DNA of 64,000 nucleotides, from assembly GCA_030704615.1 (NCBI GenBank), contig CM060733.1:248001-312000 (forward strand). The letters are read 5' to 3'. Shown in pieces: positions 37,270-49,597 of this stretch (position 1 is its first letter; every line of letters starts with the position of its first letter). Origin of the DNA: Takakia lepidozioides. Lineage: Eukaryota; Plantae; Bryophyta. The position numbers were made by a program, and so were the translations under genes. The notes beneath the pieces were generated by a model. It was not told the origin of the DNA and searched no databases. It saw only the letters and a list, made by a program, of their open reading frames with translations.

Positions 37270-39527
37270 CACTAGAAGAGAAACCGGCTTTTTCCATGGC
37301 TCTGCCATCTCACACCTGGCACATTCCATGGCTTTTATCACGGGTCTGTACACTGAGCCAAGGTGTGGGTCTAAATATGCCCTAACTGTGGGGTGTCTCA
37401 CATGTGGTCCACACCCCAGGCAAGAACGGTGTGAAAACAGCCATGAGCGTGGCAGGGGTCGGCTTAGTTTACATGGCATATTACACACCTGTGTGAAATG
37501 GGAACATACAATTATTTCCACTGATTGTGGTGTATGGGGAGTTTGAGAATGATGCCCTTGGAAAATGATTATGAACTTCATGTTCATGTTTAGAAATCTG
37601 CACGATGGTACTAGCAAGTGAAGAATACACCCCATTTTCAATCTCTACATTATGAAGTCTATAATGCCCTTGGTGAAATGAGCATGGGGATCGCATTCAA
37701 AGGTGGCCCCGTTCCGTTGCAACCTATGACACAACTAGGACAAATAGGCATAGGCATGATTGTCACTTTTTGCCACAAATCACTTGCATCATCCTTACGT
37801 TAAACTCATTGTTTATGTGACATGCTTGGACTTTGTCATCTCACACATCAAAGAAAAAACCAGAATATTTCGAAAAAATCCTAACCTAAAAATCCTAACC
37901 TAAATTTACTAACAAGTGTTCAAACCAGCCCAATGGTAATATATTTTATTACCATTATCAAATGTTTGTCTACGTGGTGTTTTGGTTTTCTAGACAAGTC
38001 TGATAGCAGGACTTTAGCCTCTGACCTAGAATGAATCAAAGTGCAAAAGGTTAAAAAGTCAAAAAGTTCCTAATAAGGTTGCCCATTAGGTTTAAAAAAG
38101 TTAAAAAGTTGCTAATAAGGTTGCCCACTAGGATAATCGTGAACACAGAGGAGGGCTGGGACTTGGCGTTTTTTTTTTGTTCCCTGTGCCACACCATGTA
38201 GCCGAGGGATGGAACGCGATGATCGCAGGATATGCAGGGGCGTGGGATGGAGGCGTTGAGCAAATGATGCACCTTCTTCAACCCATTTCACTCTGTTTTC
38301 CCCTCTTATCAGAATCGCCCTAAATTTTCATGTTTTAAGAATTCTGCAAGTTAGCTGGTTGAATGAACCTTTGATAGTTTGGAGTGACTTTGACATGATA
38401 CTGCCAAAGTGACAATATGAAAGTATCCAGAAATAGGTAACAGAGAGGAGAAGCTGTGGAATGAATACTTTTCTGACCCTAGTCAGGTAAATGCCTTTGG
38501 ATTACAGAGTGGTAGATGCAATTGAGAATATGAATTGGTGTGATAAGTTGAGTTGGGTGTTTGCTGGAACAAATCTAGGCTACCATTGTCAGCTGCTAAC
38601 AGCAATGCAAGGATGTATGCATGATCTGTGCAGGGGCATGGATAGCTGAAGGAGCAGGGATAGAGTGTCATCCAAGAGGGCCAGATTTCAAGCTCCAGAT
38701 TATTTATGATTCCCTGTGGAGGGTTAGCTACAAGAAACCTGCATGGGTAGATGGTACATAGTTTGGAGTGATTTTGACATGATACTGCCAAAGTGACAAT
38801 AGGAAAGTATCCAAAAACATGTAACAAAGATGAGGAGAAGTTGTGGAATGAATGCTTTTCTGACCGCAGTCAAGGGTAGGACAACCGAGGGAAAAAGGTG
38901 AATGTCTATTAGATTACAGAGAGTAGGAGACGCAACTCAGCATAGACGCAAACTCTCCTTCCCTACAAAGGGTATGTTTTGGTATCTGAGGGAATAAATA
39001 TAATTTCTAAAAACATAATTTCAATATTTTGTTATTTAATAATGTTCTCATCTAGGCCACTGCCCATTTTTCCTATAATAATAATAATAAATTAAATCCA
39101 TTAATATTCAAACTTAATATTGGAAAGCAAATAATAATTAATTAATGTGTACCACCACACAGGAACGAACACGTGTTGCATAGTGACTTGTCAAAGGTGT
39201 GAAATATGACACGTGTCGCATAGTGGCTTGTTCAAGGTGTGAAATCCGCCGTGAAACATGCCACACTGGCCTTTTTCACACTCTGCCATGTCAGCTATGC
39301 CATCGGCTATGTCAGCGGCCATGTCACCATGCACCCCGTGAAAAAAGCCCACCCATGGAAAAAGCCTCCCGTGGACTTTTCCACAGGGCCACCCGAGAGC
39401 CAGGCCGTCCACGGGGTGTCCGAAAGCACTAGTCGTTCCTTACACCCACGGCAGGTGTGGACTGCGGCTGGTTCCACAGCAAAAAGTGTGGAAAAAGCCG
39501 TGGAAAAAACCGGTTTCTCTTCTAGTG
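37270..39527. mobile_element. Non-autonomous CACTA (En/Spm) element
   Basis: TIRs CACTAGAAGAGAAACCGG / CCGGTTTCTCTTCTAGTG (18/18), subterminal CCACGG/CCGTGG and GCCATGTCA repeats at 39240-39500, and 3-bp flanks AAA/AGA (1 mismatch). Confidence 0.88.
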
Positions 39528-39724
39528 AGAGTGTATGGAATCTGTCACTAGTATGCTCTTCCTAAAAAAAGGTATGTGGCATGACACAACATAAACAAAA
39601 CTTTTGTTTACTTGTTTTTGTAGCCTATTTACTTTGTGCTCTCCTTTGTTTTTGCTTTTTAGTTCCCTCTCCACAATAGACGCAAACGGACAACTTGCTA
39701 AGTTGGGCCGTCAAGCCTAAAGCA

Positions 39725-40210
39725 AGATTACTCATTCACTTTCTACAACTATTTTAACGTTAAAAGTAGTTTGGACCTTAACATTAAGACTACGGAGTTA
39801 CTGGGGTCTACAACTATCTTAAGGCTAAAAGTAGCTTGGACCTTAATGTTATAATAAGTAGGTAATTGATTCCGCATTCATTTGTGTCTACATTTATCTT
39901 AATGATAAAAATAGCTAGTTAGAAATAGGTACTCTTGACTACACATTCACTTCAGTCTACAACTAGCTTAAAACCCTAGGGTATATACCTACATTAATGC
40001 TAAAAAATAACTTGGACCTTATTTTCAGAAGTAGGTAGAGTTGACTACAATCCATTATACGTACTAAGGTGATCTTCATTATACATTTACTTGGGTCTAT
40101 AAGTGGCTTAACGCTAAAAGTATCTTGGACTTAAACTTTAGAAGTAGGTAACTTGCTTACACATTCATTTAGTTTACAATTATCTTAATGCTAAAAGTAG
40201 CTTGAACCTT
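39725..40210 (+). repeat. Degenerate AT-rich tandem repeat, ~65-85-bp unit, ~6-7 copies
   Basis: A recurrent core CTACAACTATCTTAA.GCTAAAAGTAGCTTGGACCTT at ~39743, 39808, 39888, 39957/39990, 40097 and 40175, linked by AGTAGGTA...CACATTCA. Confidence 0.75.
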
Positions 40211-40459
40211 GTCATGTGTAAACGTCGTGGCATGATCCTCATGTAATTTACATTTCTTTTCTTTAGGTGCTGTCCATTCGGAATTGAAACTAATTTATCA
40301 AATAATTTACTTTCATTATCCACATATTGCAAATAGTACATGACATGTAGAGCCCTGTAAGCTTTCTTGGCAGAATAAGTAAAGAAGGACTGTAGAGAGC
40401 CTTCAAATTCCCATTGCCACTCAGCTGGGTATTGCTGGAGCTGCCCGAGAGGCAAGTCG

Positions 40460-43400
40460 CCAATCCAAGCAAAAGAGTTACATCTTAGCCATGGGAGAAT
40501 GGTCTCCCCTGCCAGGAGGGAGGGTTGAAGTCTCTGCCAGAGCGAGCCCTATTGGCACCCAGAACTGTAGTAAGAGACTCTGGGGTGCTAGTCCAGAGGT
40601 GGGAGATTTGGGAGATGCCTCTAGTCTCCCAAGAGGCCCGTCTTTTGGCCTGGCACTTCTCCTGAGGGGTGGGCATGGCTGAGTTAAGGAAGAGGTGCTG
40701 CCTCTGAACCTCATGAAAAGACGAAGGTTCTTGCTTCCTGAGAAAGGGTCTGAATTTACCCAAGGCAGACCAAATTGATTTCCAGAGCAAAGAGCCCAGG
40801 GATTTGTGATTAAATCCCTGAGTGATCCAGCGGATAGAGGGGGCCTACCAAAGGGAATTTCCACTAGGCCCAAATTGGTGGAGGATCCTTTAAATTTGGA
40901 AAAGTAAAGGGGGACCGATATCATAGCCTCACAGAGATAGATCCCCTGGCTCCTCATCTTGGTTGCAATCCCCATTTCACCTGGACCAACAATAGAGACC
41001 TTCAAAACCTTTCTATGGCTCGCCTTGACAGATTCTACTTTTCTATGTCCATTGCTAACAACACTTCCCTTCTGCCTCAGCATCCCATAGCTCTGGGCTT
41101 CGACCATGCCTTAATCGAGGCCTCTCTCTCCTTCCCAAATGCCCATCGCTGTGGGAGAGGCATCTACAAGCTCAACATCTCTCTCCTTCAAAATGTCTCT
41201 TTCGTCCTCAATCTGTAGGAGCACTGGTCCTCGTCTGGGAACCATCTGCAATGCCCCATTTTGAAATTCCAATTCAAACTGGCGGCCTCTTGCAAACTAA
41301 GTCAAACCCTAATTAAAGAGATCGCGGTTTCCCGTAAGAAAAAAGTCTTGGCCTTGCAAAAATGTTTGCGGATCTGTCAATCAAAGATAGAGGCTAGATC
41401 CTGTGATGACCATACCTTCCAAACCTATCTCGAGGCTCCTGCTAACCTCGGCCTCTTTCATGAGCAAAATGAACTAAGGATGAAAATGCAAGTTGGGATT
41501 AACTGGTCTGCCAGCTTCAAAGAGCCATGCAATCTATCCATGAGTTGTACGTTGATCAAGCAGGCAATAAATCATCTAATCCCAGAGAGCTATGTGCCAT
41601 GGCCTTTGGCCACTTCAGCTCCCTCTTCCAGGTAGACCAGCTGGGCCCAGATTATTCGACCCTGCTGGATTCTTGCCTCCGTTCAACCCCGAATAGACTG
41701 TCGGCTGAGGGAGGTATGGCCTTGTCTGGGGTCTTCACACCCATGGAATTGGAAGATGCCCTTCATCAGATGAGTAATGGGAAGACCCCAGGTTTAGATG
41801 GTATGCCAGTTGAGTACTTCAAGGCTATGTTTGCGAAATGGCCAATGAGATCAAACGGCAGGGTGCAATGCCTGGACAGATGTCTCAGGGGGTTATTACC
41901 CTGCTCCACAAGAAAGGAGACAAAGCTGACATTGGAAACTATAGACCCATTACTCTGCTCAATGTCGCTTACGAAATCATTGCCAAGGCTCTAGCCCTCT
42001 GCCTCCAATCCCTTCTCCCCTCTCTCATCCGAACGGGCCAGGCTGGTTTTATCAAAGGTAGATACTTTCTCGACAACGTCTTGTTAGCTCAGAAGGCCAA
42101 CTCGTATGCCCTGGCAACTAACCAAGCATTGGCACTATGGCTCTTGGATTTTGAGAAGGCGTTCAACAAAGTAGGGTGGGATTTCCTAATTGTAGTTCTT
42201 AAAAAAACAGGCTTGCCCCACGACTTTTGCCACTGGGTTAAACATCCTTCTTCGGGGCTCTACCAGTAGGGTCATCATCAATGGCCACCTCTCAAAGCCT
42301 TTTCAACTGCAAAGATCGGTAAGGCAAGGATGCCCTCTGGCCCCCTTCCTCTTCCTCTTTGTAGCAGACACCTTGGGTTACATGCTAGATGACAACTTCA
42401 TGGTAAGGGGCCTTCAGCTCCGGAATCCAAAAACTCAACTCTGGCTACAAATCAAGGACTCTACGTTTGTGGATGACACCTTCCCACTACTTCAGGCGGA
42501 ACCTTCCACTCTTACAGCTGCTGAGAGCACTCTTAAGAAGTTTTGTAGAGTCTCCGGCTTCCGGGTTAACTGGAGAAAGACCAAAGCCTTGCTAATAGAG
42601 GACCCATCTATGTCTTCTATTGGGATCAACCCCAACTGGGAAGACCAAGGTATGGCCTGGCTTAAAGCAGGAGAACCTACCACACTGTTGGGTCACATCT
42701 TCGGCCTGGACCTCACCGAGGAGCATTGAATGGGGCCCATTCTAGCCAGGCTCAAGAAGGAGCTAGCGTTCTGGGGCTCTAAGTTCTTCTCCATCACCGG
42801 AAGAGCTCTGGCTGCCAACCAAGTTCTGCTTGTTGGGATCTGGTATTTTGCCTCCACTTGGAGTCCGGGCTCGAAGTTCATGAAGGAGATGAAGAGATGT
42901 ATCAGAAACTTTATCTGGGGAGCCCATTCAGACCTTCAAAACAAACGCCCACAAGTTTCGTGGTATCAGATATGCTTCCCTAGAAAATCAGGTGGGCTAG
43001 GACTGCTAGATCCAGAAACGCAGATTCGGGCCCTACTAGGCAAGTGGCTGCCAAGACTGTTGGGGCCCGAAGGAGGTTGGTGGAAATTGCTTGTAATAGG
43101 AACTATTGCGTTGTGCTCCCCTCTTCAAGGAGCGAATTTGGATGAGAGACAGCCAGGAGGCTTCTTCATCAACATGGAGGGAAGAAGTTGCAGACCCTCT
43201 CATGTCCATGTCAGACTCTACCATGTTGAAATCACCAGCTAGGAGCCAGTTACTAATGGACTGTTCAGCGGCCATCCGGGCATTGATCAAGTCCCAGAGG
43301 GCCAAACGATCAGGCATTGAATTAGGGGCATAGATGTTGAGCAAACCAAGGGGTTCCGAGTCGGATGGGAGGTGGAGAGAGCAGAATTGCACTCTCCCCA

Positions 43401-45242
43401 GCTCCCAAACTTCTTCTTTAACTAGGAATTGCAAGAGGGAGGGGGAGAGAAGAATCGTTGTGCCTCCCTTTGAGCCCTCGTAGGAGGGTTTCCAGAGAGC
43501 TGAAGCAAGAGGCCAGAGGTTGTCAGGAAGGTTTTGAATTTTGTGGGGGTTGAGCTTGTGTTCATGCAGGAAGACAATCGCTTCTGAGGGGATAAGGGGT
43601 GCTAGCCAAGACCTTAGTTTGATTTTCTTGAGGGCGGTCTGGTCAGAGCCGATTCCCCTTATATTCCAAGAAGAAATGCTAACCTGCATCATAAGGGTGA
43701 TTCAGGCTGAGCGGGGAGGACTCAAATGATGGCCTGTTGGAGGGAAAGTGGAATTTAGTTCTCTTGTCGGAGGGCAACAGTGAGGGAAGCCAACAATGGT
43801 CATTGGGGGCTTCATCAACCAAACTAGAGAGCTCAATCGTCATTAGGAGAGTGGCTTTGTTGTTTAGGTAAAAATTGTCATCACCCGGAAGAGGCTGGAA
43901 TCTAGAACATGGCATCCATTTGTTGTGAACTACTTTGGGTCTCCCCGAGAGTTGCATGAAGAAGTCAGAAAGGAGAATGAGTTTCAGGGAAGTGGGTGTA
44001 TTGTAGGGTAGAGGGCCAGAGGCTGTGCCAAAGTACATGGAGAAGTCCCCATCTGAGAGAGAGAAGGAAATAGAGGGAAGGACCTTCCAGGTGCGGGGGA
44101 CAGGGTATCTAGATTTGAGACAAAGAATATTTCCCCTGTTAGGATTAGTGGGAGAGGGATGGAAAATAAGAAAGGGGATAGTGATGGTGGTCTGGCTTAC
44201 CGTGAAATTGAGAGAGACAGGTCTGACAGGGGATCCGACTGGTGTTGGCGTTGGGAGCTGGGGAGATTGAACTCCATTGGGCTGCATTGAGTTGGCCGGT
44301 GTTGGTGTTGGGAATTGGGGCGACTCCACGCCGTCGGGGATCGTTGAAATAGCTGCCTCCCCATCCAGTTGAGGGCCGACCGGTGGTTGCCGGGAGTGGG
44401 GCTGTAATTCTTGGAGGTCTTCAGAACTGTCAGAGTCAGTCCCCGCATGATCAATAATAGGCCAGGGTCTGCCTAAAGTGCGGTGAGAGTCGATCCATTC
44501 GTTATGCTCATGGACTTCTGATTCCAGCAGAGCATGCATAATAGTGAAGGCATTGTGCAAGGTGTCCCTGGATCTGTTCAGGAACAAATTGGTGGTGGGA
44601 GGCTGATTGAAAGGGGCTGGTTGCATCCATGAGCCTTCGGGGATAGAGCCGTCGATGAGTAGATCCTCCATGTCCATGAGAGCTAGATTCTGAGTGGTGG
44701 GGGAGAGGTTTATCCCCAGATGGGATTACGTTCGACATAAGACCCCCAGGTAATTTGCACATTGGGTGAGAAAGAGAGATGAGGATGATTGGAGAGCAGA
44801 TAGGGATTGATCTTGGTCTTGAGGGCTGGGATGGGGCTGCCGTCCCTTGGGATCTGATCCATGAAGAGAGAGATATCGCGATTAGAAATCCAAAGGGATT
44901 CAATGTTTGCACCATTGTTGGATGTGAGAAGGAAAGAGGGGGAGGGGGCTCTACGATAGATGAGCGGGGTAAGGCAGATAGATTTTGGATGAGAGGGGGA
45001 GATCACCTGCGAACAACCCCGGAGGGCCATCGTAGGGAAAGACTGAAATTTTGTACAGACCCTAGCCACTATAGGATTGTATGCAATGAGAGAGGAAACA
45101 GACAGAGGAAGGGAGGGCCTAGAGGGTGGCGGGGAAATTCTAGACAGATCTCTGGGCCTTGAAGTGATCGAGGGCTGCCAACCTTGAGTAGACCCCGCAT
45201 TCAGAGAAGAGTCACCATTGTTGACGACAATCAAAGAGTAGG
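40460..45242 (-). mobile_element. Degenerate L1-type LINE (ORF1 C-part, APE endonuclease, RT) with internal inversion of 40937-43125
   Basis: Minus strand: SWNIRG...LNIYAPN...AGDFN (43692-43126). Plus strand: RLDRFY...DH, KTPGLDG, YRPITLLN, LDFEKAF, RQGCPLAP, FVDD, GGLGL. Minus strand post-RT: LWKSIWSA (40790). Many stops and frameshifts. Confidence 0.92.
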
Positions 45243-47284
45243 TGTCGCGCACCTCACTTCGTTAAGCTCCCCTTCAAGTCATAGTTACTCGCTTTGACGC
45301 GCGCGCCTAACTCCCATCCTGGCCGCCGGGCCAACTCGGAGCTTCGGCTGATCACCGGTAGCAGTCCGGAATAGCTCCCCACTCCTTGGTCGCTTTTCGG
45401 CTCTCGCTTACTCACTAGTTTTTGGTCACCAACGGGCTTGCACCGTTCTCGGGGGTACTACTCCCTATACATACTTCTATGACTGTCCGTGGGGGTTTCA
45501 CAAACAACCCTGCCATTTTATGGCGAACCACCACGAAGACCCTCGACTCCCGGTGATGAGTCGCGGTGAGTCTTGGCCTACCCACCACGGCCCCATTAGA
45601 CCGTGATGAGTCCCAAGACTCCCCACGACTCCCACCACAAGGTCTCCGCCCCATGGTGAGTCCTATGCCACCCCCACTAAGTCCCAGTCCCACTAAGCTA
45701 CCACCATCCCTTGTGGAGCCACCCCCACCGCAACCCGCTGTGCGGGGCTCCACTTAGTGAGCGCATCCGCCTCCTTGAGTGCCTTGGGCACTTAAGGGTG
45801 CTTCAGCCCCCCGTACCTATCGCTGCCACCGCCCCCACCACAGGGGCAACCCCTTTGCGTCCTGACCCCCTGTCCTCAAGGCAAATGGTCACGACACACA
45901 CCCCTACCAACAAGGAGTCGATGTCCTCATCAACTTGTCCATTTTGTAGAAACGAACATCCAAGTTGTGGCGTCCCACATTAAGGAGTTTGTTTCCGTAC
46001 CATGGCGTCCCATGACAAAGAACCAAACCCCCACTTGACTCTACTCTCTACTAGCTAGTTCGGCCGACTTCCTCCAAGTCCCGGCCAAGGGTGGAGCCTC
46101 TCAAGCTCCACCCAGTGCACTCTTCTTGGCCTACTTCAAGGCCAAGGAACGATCCTCCTCGAGGATCGAATCGCCTTACTGCAACAACATTGCTTGCGAC
46201 CGCTCATGATGCCGCTTTTTGGCATCACCTTGAGCAAGGGTTCACCTTGAACCCTTTTTTACTAGGAAGATAACCTCGAACCAACTGTGCGGCCCAATCA
46301 CTGCAATTGGGTCCGCCTTGGAATGCTGGCCTGAGGTACGGGAACACGCCGAAGCCGCACTACGACTTCGTCCCGAGGTTACACGATTATAGTACGTGAA
46401 CGGAAGCACGTAGCTTCCGCGTTAGCCCGCACTACAAGGCCTGGGGGGTGCACTTTTTATAAAATGTGCGTATCACGTGCGTTCGCCGACTAATAAAAAA
46501 ACCCCCTGTTTACGGGTCCTTGGATAATTTATATCCCCTCTGTACATACTTTTTGAGGATTATAAAACCCTCTCCTGTACATATACAAAAATTTATAATT
46601 TTTAAAAAGTACCCCCTTCTATATGTATATTCTCATTTTCAATCATTAAAAAATACCCTCAAATATGTATATGTATGTTTTTACATTATATCAAGTTTAT
46701 TCATTTAGAAACAGAATAAAATCCAATAAATTAATTAAAAAAAATATCTATTTGCCCTTGATAAGATTGTCAAAGACTTTCCGCTCATTGTAATTGTGTT
46801 TTCCTCCAACACCACATATCTTCCATAATACTAATAAGTTGAGCCAGCTTATAGAGTAGTTTTTAAGCTACCTACCACGTTGATTAAATACTAAATAGTA
46901 CCATGGTTTCAGTTCTGAATCAGAATGTATTGTTCAAGACATCTTATCTCCAAGAGTCCGGGGTTTTCAGATGTATAATGTTATCTTTGGATTAACCACC
47001 AAATGATACAATGTATACTCTTATCTATGGCTGGTGAACAGAACCATGCCAGTAGATTATGTATACTTTAATGATAAAGAGCACTAAGAGTATGTGTTGC
47101 TCTGTCAATAAAACTCAAGGCTGGTACAGATGTAAGTTGCTTCGTGAAGTGAAAGCCTAAGTAATAAAGGGCATTGGGAATTGCAGAGTTCAACATGGAA
47201 TTTTAGGGCCAATTCTGATAAGAGGGAAGAACAGGGTGAAATGTATCCCTTAGTGATTTTCCTTCCCTAGATAATTTGGCATTC

Positions 47285-48632
47285 TCAGAATGAAACAAAG
47301 TACAACAATTCTAGCTTTTGACAATGTCACCATGGACCTCTTCCCCCTTTTCCAGGTCTGCCCCACACTCCCTTTGCATCCTCTACGCACCCGCATTTGG
47401 CAGACCTGTCCACCAAGGCACTATTCAGAATGACATAAGGTACAATTCCAGCTTTTGACAATGTCACCGTGGACCTCTTCCCCCTTTTCCAGGTCTGCCC
47501 CACACTCCCTTTGCATCCTCTATGCACCCGCATTTGGCAGACCTGTCCACCAGGGCACTATTCAGAATGACATAAGGTACAATTCCAGCTTTTGACAATG
47601 TCACCATGGACCTCTTCCCCCTTTTCCAGGTCTCCCCCACACTCCCTTTGCATCCTCTACGCACCCGCATTTGGCAGACCTATCCACCAGGGCACTATTC
47701 AGGATGACATAAGGTACAATTCCAGCTTTTGACAATGTCACCGTGGACCTCTTCCCCCTTTTCCAGGTCTGCTCCACACTCCCTTTGCATCCTCTACGCA
47801 CCCGCATTTGGCAGACATGTCCACCAGGGCACTTTTCAGATGACATAAGGTACAATTCCAGCTTTTGACAATGTCACCATGGACCTCTTCCCCATTTTCC
47901 AGGTCTTCCCCCCACTCCCTTGGCATCCTCTATGCACCCGCATTTGACAGACCTGTCCACCAGGGCACTCTTCAGAATGACATAAGGTACAATTCCAGCT
48001 TTTGATAATGTCACCATGGACCTCAGCTTCCCCCTTTCCAGGTTTGCCCCACACTCCCTTTGCATCCTCTACGCACCCGCATTTGGCAGCCCTGTCCACC
48101 AGGGCACTATTCAGATGACATAAGGTACAATTCCAGCTTTTGACAATGTCACCATGGCTCTTCCCCATTTTCCAGGTCTGCCCAACACTCCCTTTGCATC
48201 CTCTACGCACCCGCATTTGGCAGACGTGTCCACCATGGCACTATTCAGAATGATATAAGGTACAATTCTAGCTTTTGACAGTGTCACCATGGACCTCTTC
48301 CCCCTTTTCTAGGTCTGCCCCACACTCCATTTGCATCCTCTACGCACCCGCATTTGGCAGACCTGTCCACCAGGGCACTGTTCAGATGACATAAGGTACA
48401 ATTCCAGCTTTTGACAATGTCACCATGGACCTCTTCCCCCTTTTCCAGGTTTGCCCCACACTCCCTTTGCATCCTCTATGCACCCGCATTTGGCAGACCT
48501 GTCCACCAGGGGGCACTATTCAGAATGACATAAGGTACATTAATTTCAGCTTTTGACAATGTCACCATGCACCTCTTCCCCCTTTTCCATGTCTGCCCAA
48601 CAGTACTCCATTTGCATGGACTCTATGCACCA
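47285..48632 (-). repeat. Tandem array of ~10 x 136-139-bp units derived from PLS-class PPR coding sequence
   Basis: The anchor GTACAATTCCAGCTTTTGACAATGTCACC recurs at ~47300, 47440, 47577, 47714, 47850, 47987, 48124, 48260, 48396 and 48535. A unit translates (with frameshift) as LEKGEEVHGDIVK-AGIVPYVILNSALVDRSAKCGCVEDAKGVW. Confidence 0.95.
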
Positions 48633-48734
48633 ACTTTCTGAATCTTGAGGCTGAGCCAAAGCTCAGCCCCTAAATCACCCTCTCTGCACTAGACTTAATT
48701 CAAACTCAGGGGGGGAACCCGACCTTTGCTCCAT

Positions 48735-49235
48735 CACTATGCTCCATGACACCACATTGCATACACAGCCCCTTAGCTGCCCATCACTCCCTTTGCATCT
48801 TACATATACCCACATTTGACATACATGTCCGCCAGGGCAGCTTTCATAATGACATCTGATACAATCACTACAGCTTTGATGATGCCACCGTGGACCTCTT
48901 CTCCAATCTCCGGGGCTGCCAAGCTTGTACATGTGCTCAGAGGTCTCCAAAGCCTCCCTCCGCTGCCCTTGTAGCGCTTATAGCATGCCACCATCACGCT
49001 CTATGACACCACATTCCATTCAGTCATACTGTCCAACACCCCCTTTAATGCATCCTTCATGCACCCGCATTTGGCATACATGTCCACCACGGCACTGGTC
49101 AAATTGACATCTGATACAATCCCAGCTTTGATAATGCCACCATGGACCTCTTCCTCATTTTCCAGGGCTGCCAGGATTGCACACGCATTGCAAACACAAA
49201 CGAATGTGACTGGCCTGGGCTGGAAGAATACCAAA
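48735..49235 (-). pseudogene. PLS-class PPR gene fragment (two degenerate L-S-P motif sets)
   Basis: QPRPVTFVCVCNACAILAALENEEEVHGGIIKAGIVSDVNLTSAVVDMYAKCGCMKDA...NVVS and GEEVHGGIIKA..SDVIMKAALADMYVKCG...NVVSW. Confidence 0.9.
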
Positions 49236-49279
49236 TCATGGTACTAACAGGAGGCAAGAGCCCGCATTTCCAGGATGGA

Positions 49280-49597
49280 CAAACTTCTTCACATCGTACC
49301 TTAAGAAAAGGCCACACCTTGCGATTGCAGTTGTTCCACCATCGTGAAGGATCTTTAAAAAACTTTTGTTAGCTCTGTTCCGTGCTGCGAATTCAGGGGC
49401 GCCGAGTGTGATGAGAGGGAAAAACAGGCTGAAATAGGTCAAAGAAGAAGGTGCCCTCACCACATTGTCCTTGACCTTGTGTTGTGACCCATGGAGGATT
49501 TGACCTCCCATCAACCCCAAAATGATCTCTTCTGTGTGCTACTGATGGTTGTAGTCAGGTAATGTCGGATTGGTCTTTGAGAACCACCACGGTGCAG
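49280..49597 (-). pseudogene. Exon fragments with OSB-type PDF motifs (organellar ssDNA-binding protein-like)
   Basis: Frameshifted KTNPTLPDYNH...SFW-VDGRSNPPWVT (49580-49485) and KVFKDPSRWWNNCNRK (49370-49315), compared with the PDF consensus P..WWDNR..K.NP..PDFKHK....LW.D....P.WV. AG/GT borders are present. Confidence 0.6.

Noticed and set aside
39725-40210. CRISPR-like array
   Set aside because: The 'spacers' are themselves similar to one another, so this is a decayed tandem repeat.
40937-43692. Two independent LINEs head-to-head, or a twin-priming inversion
   Set aside because: Both junctions rejoin into one continuous ORF2, and the outer segments share orientation.
47285-48632. CRISPR-like repeat-spacer array
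   Set aside because: Units are similar along their whole length with no unique spacers. They translate to PPR motifs, there are no cas genes, and the context is eukaryotic.
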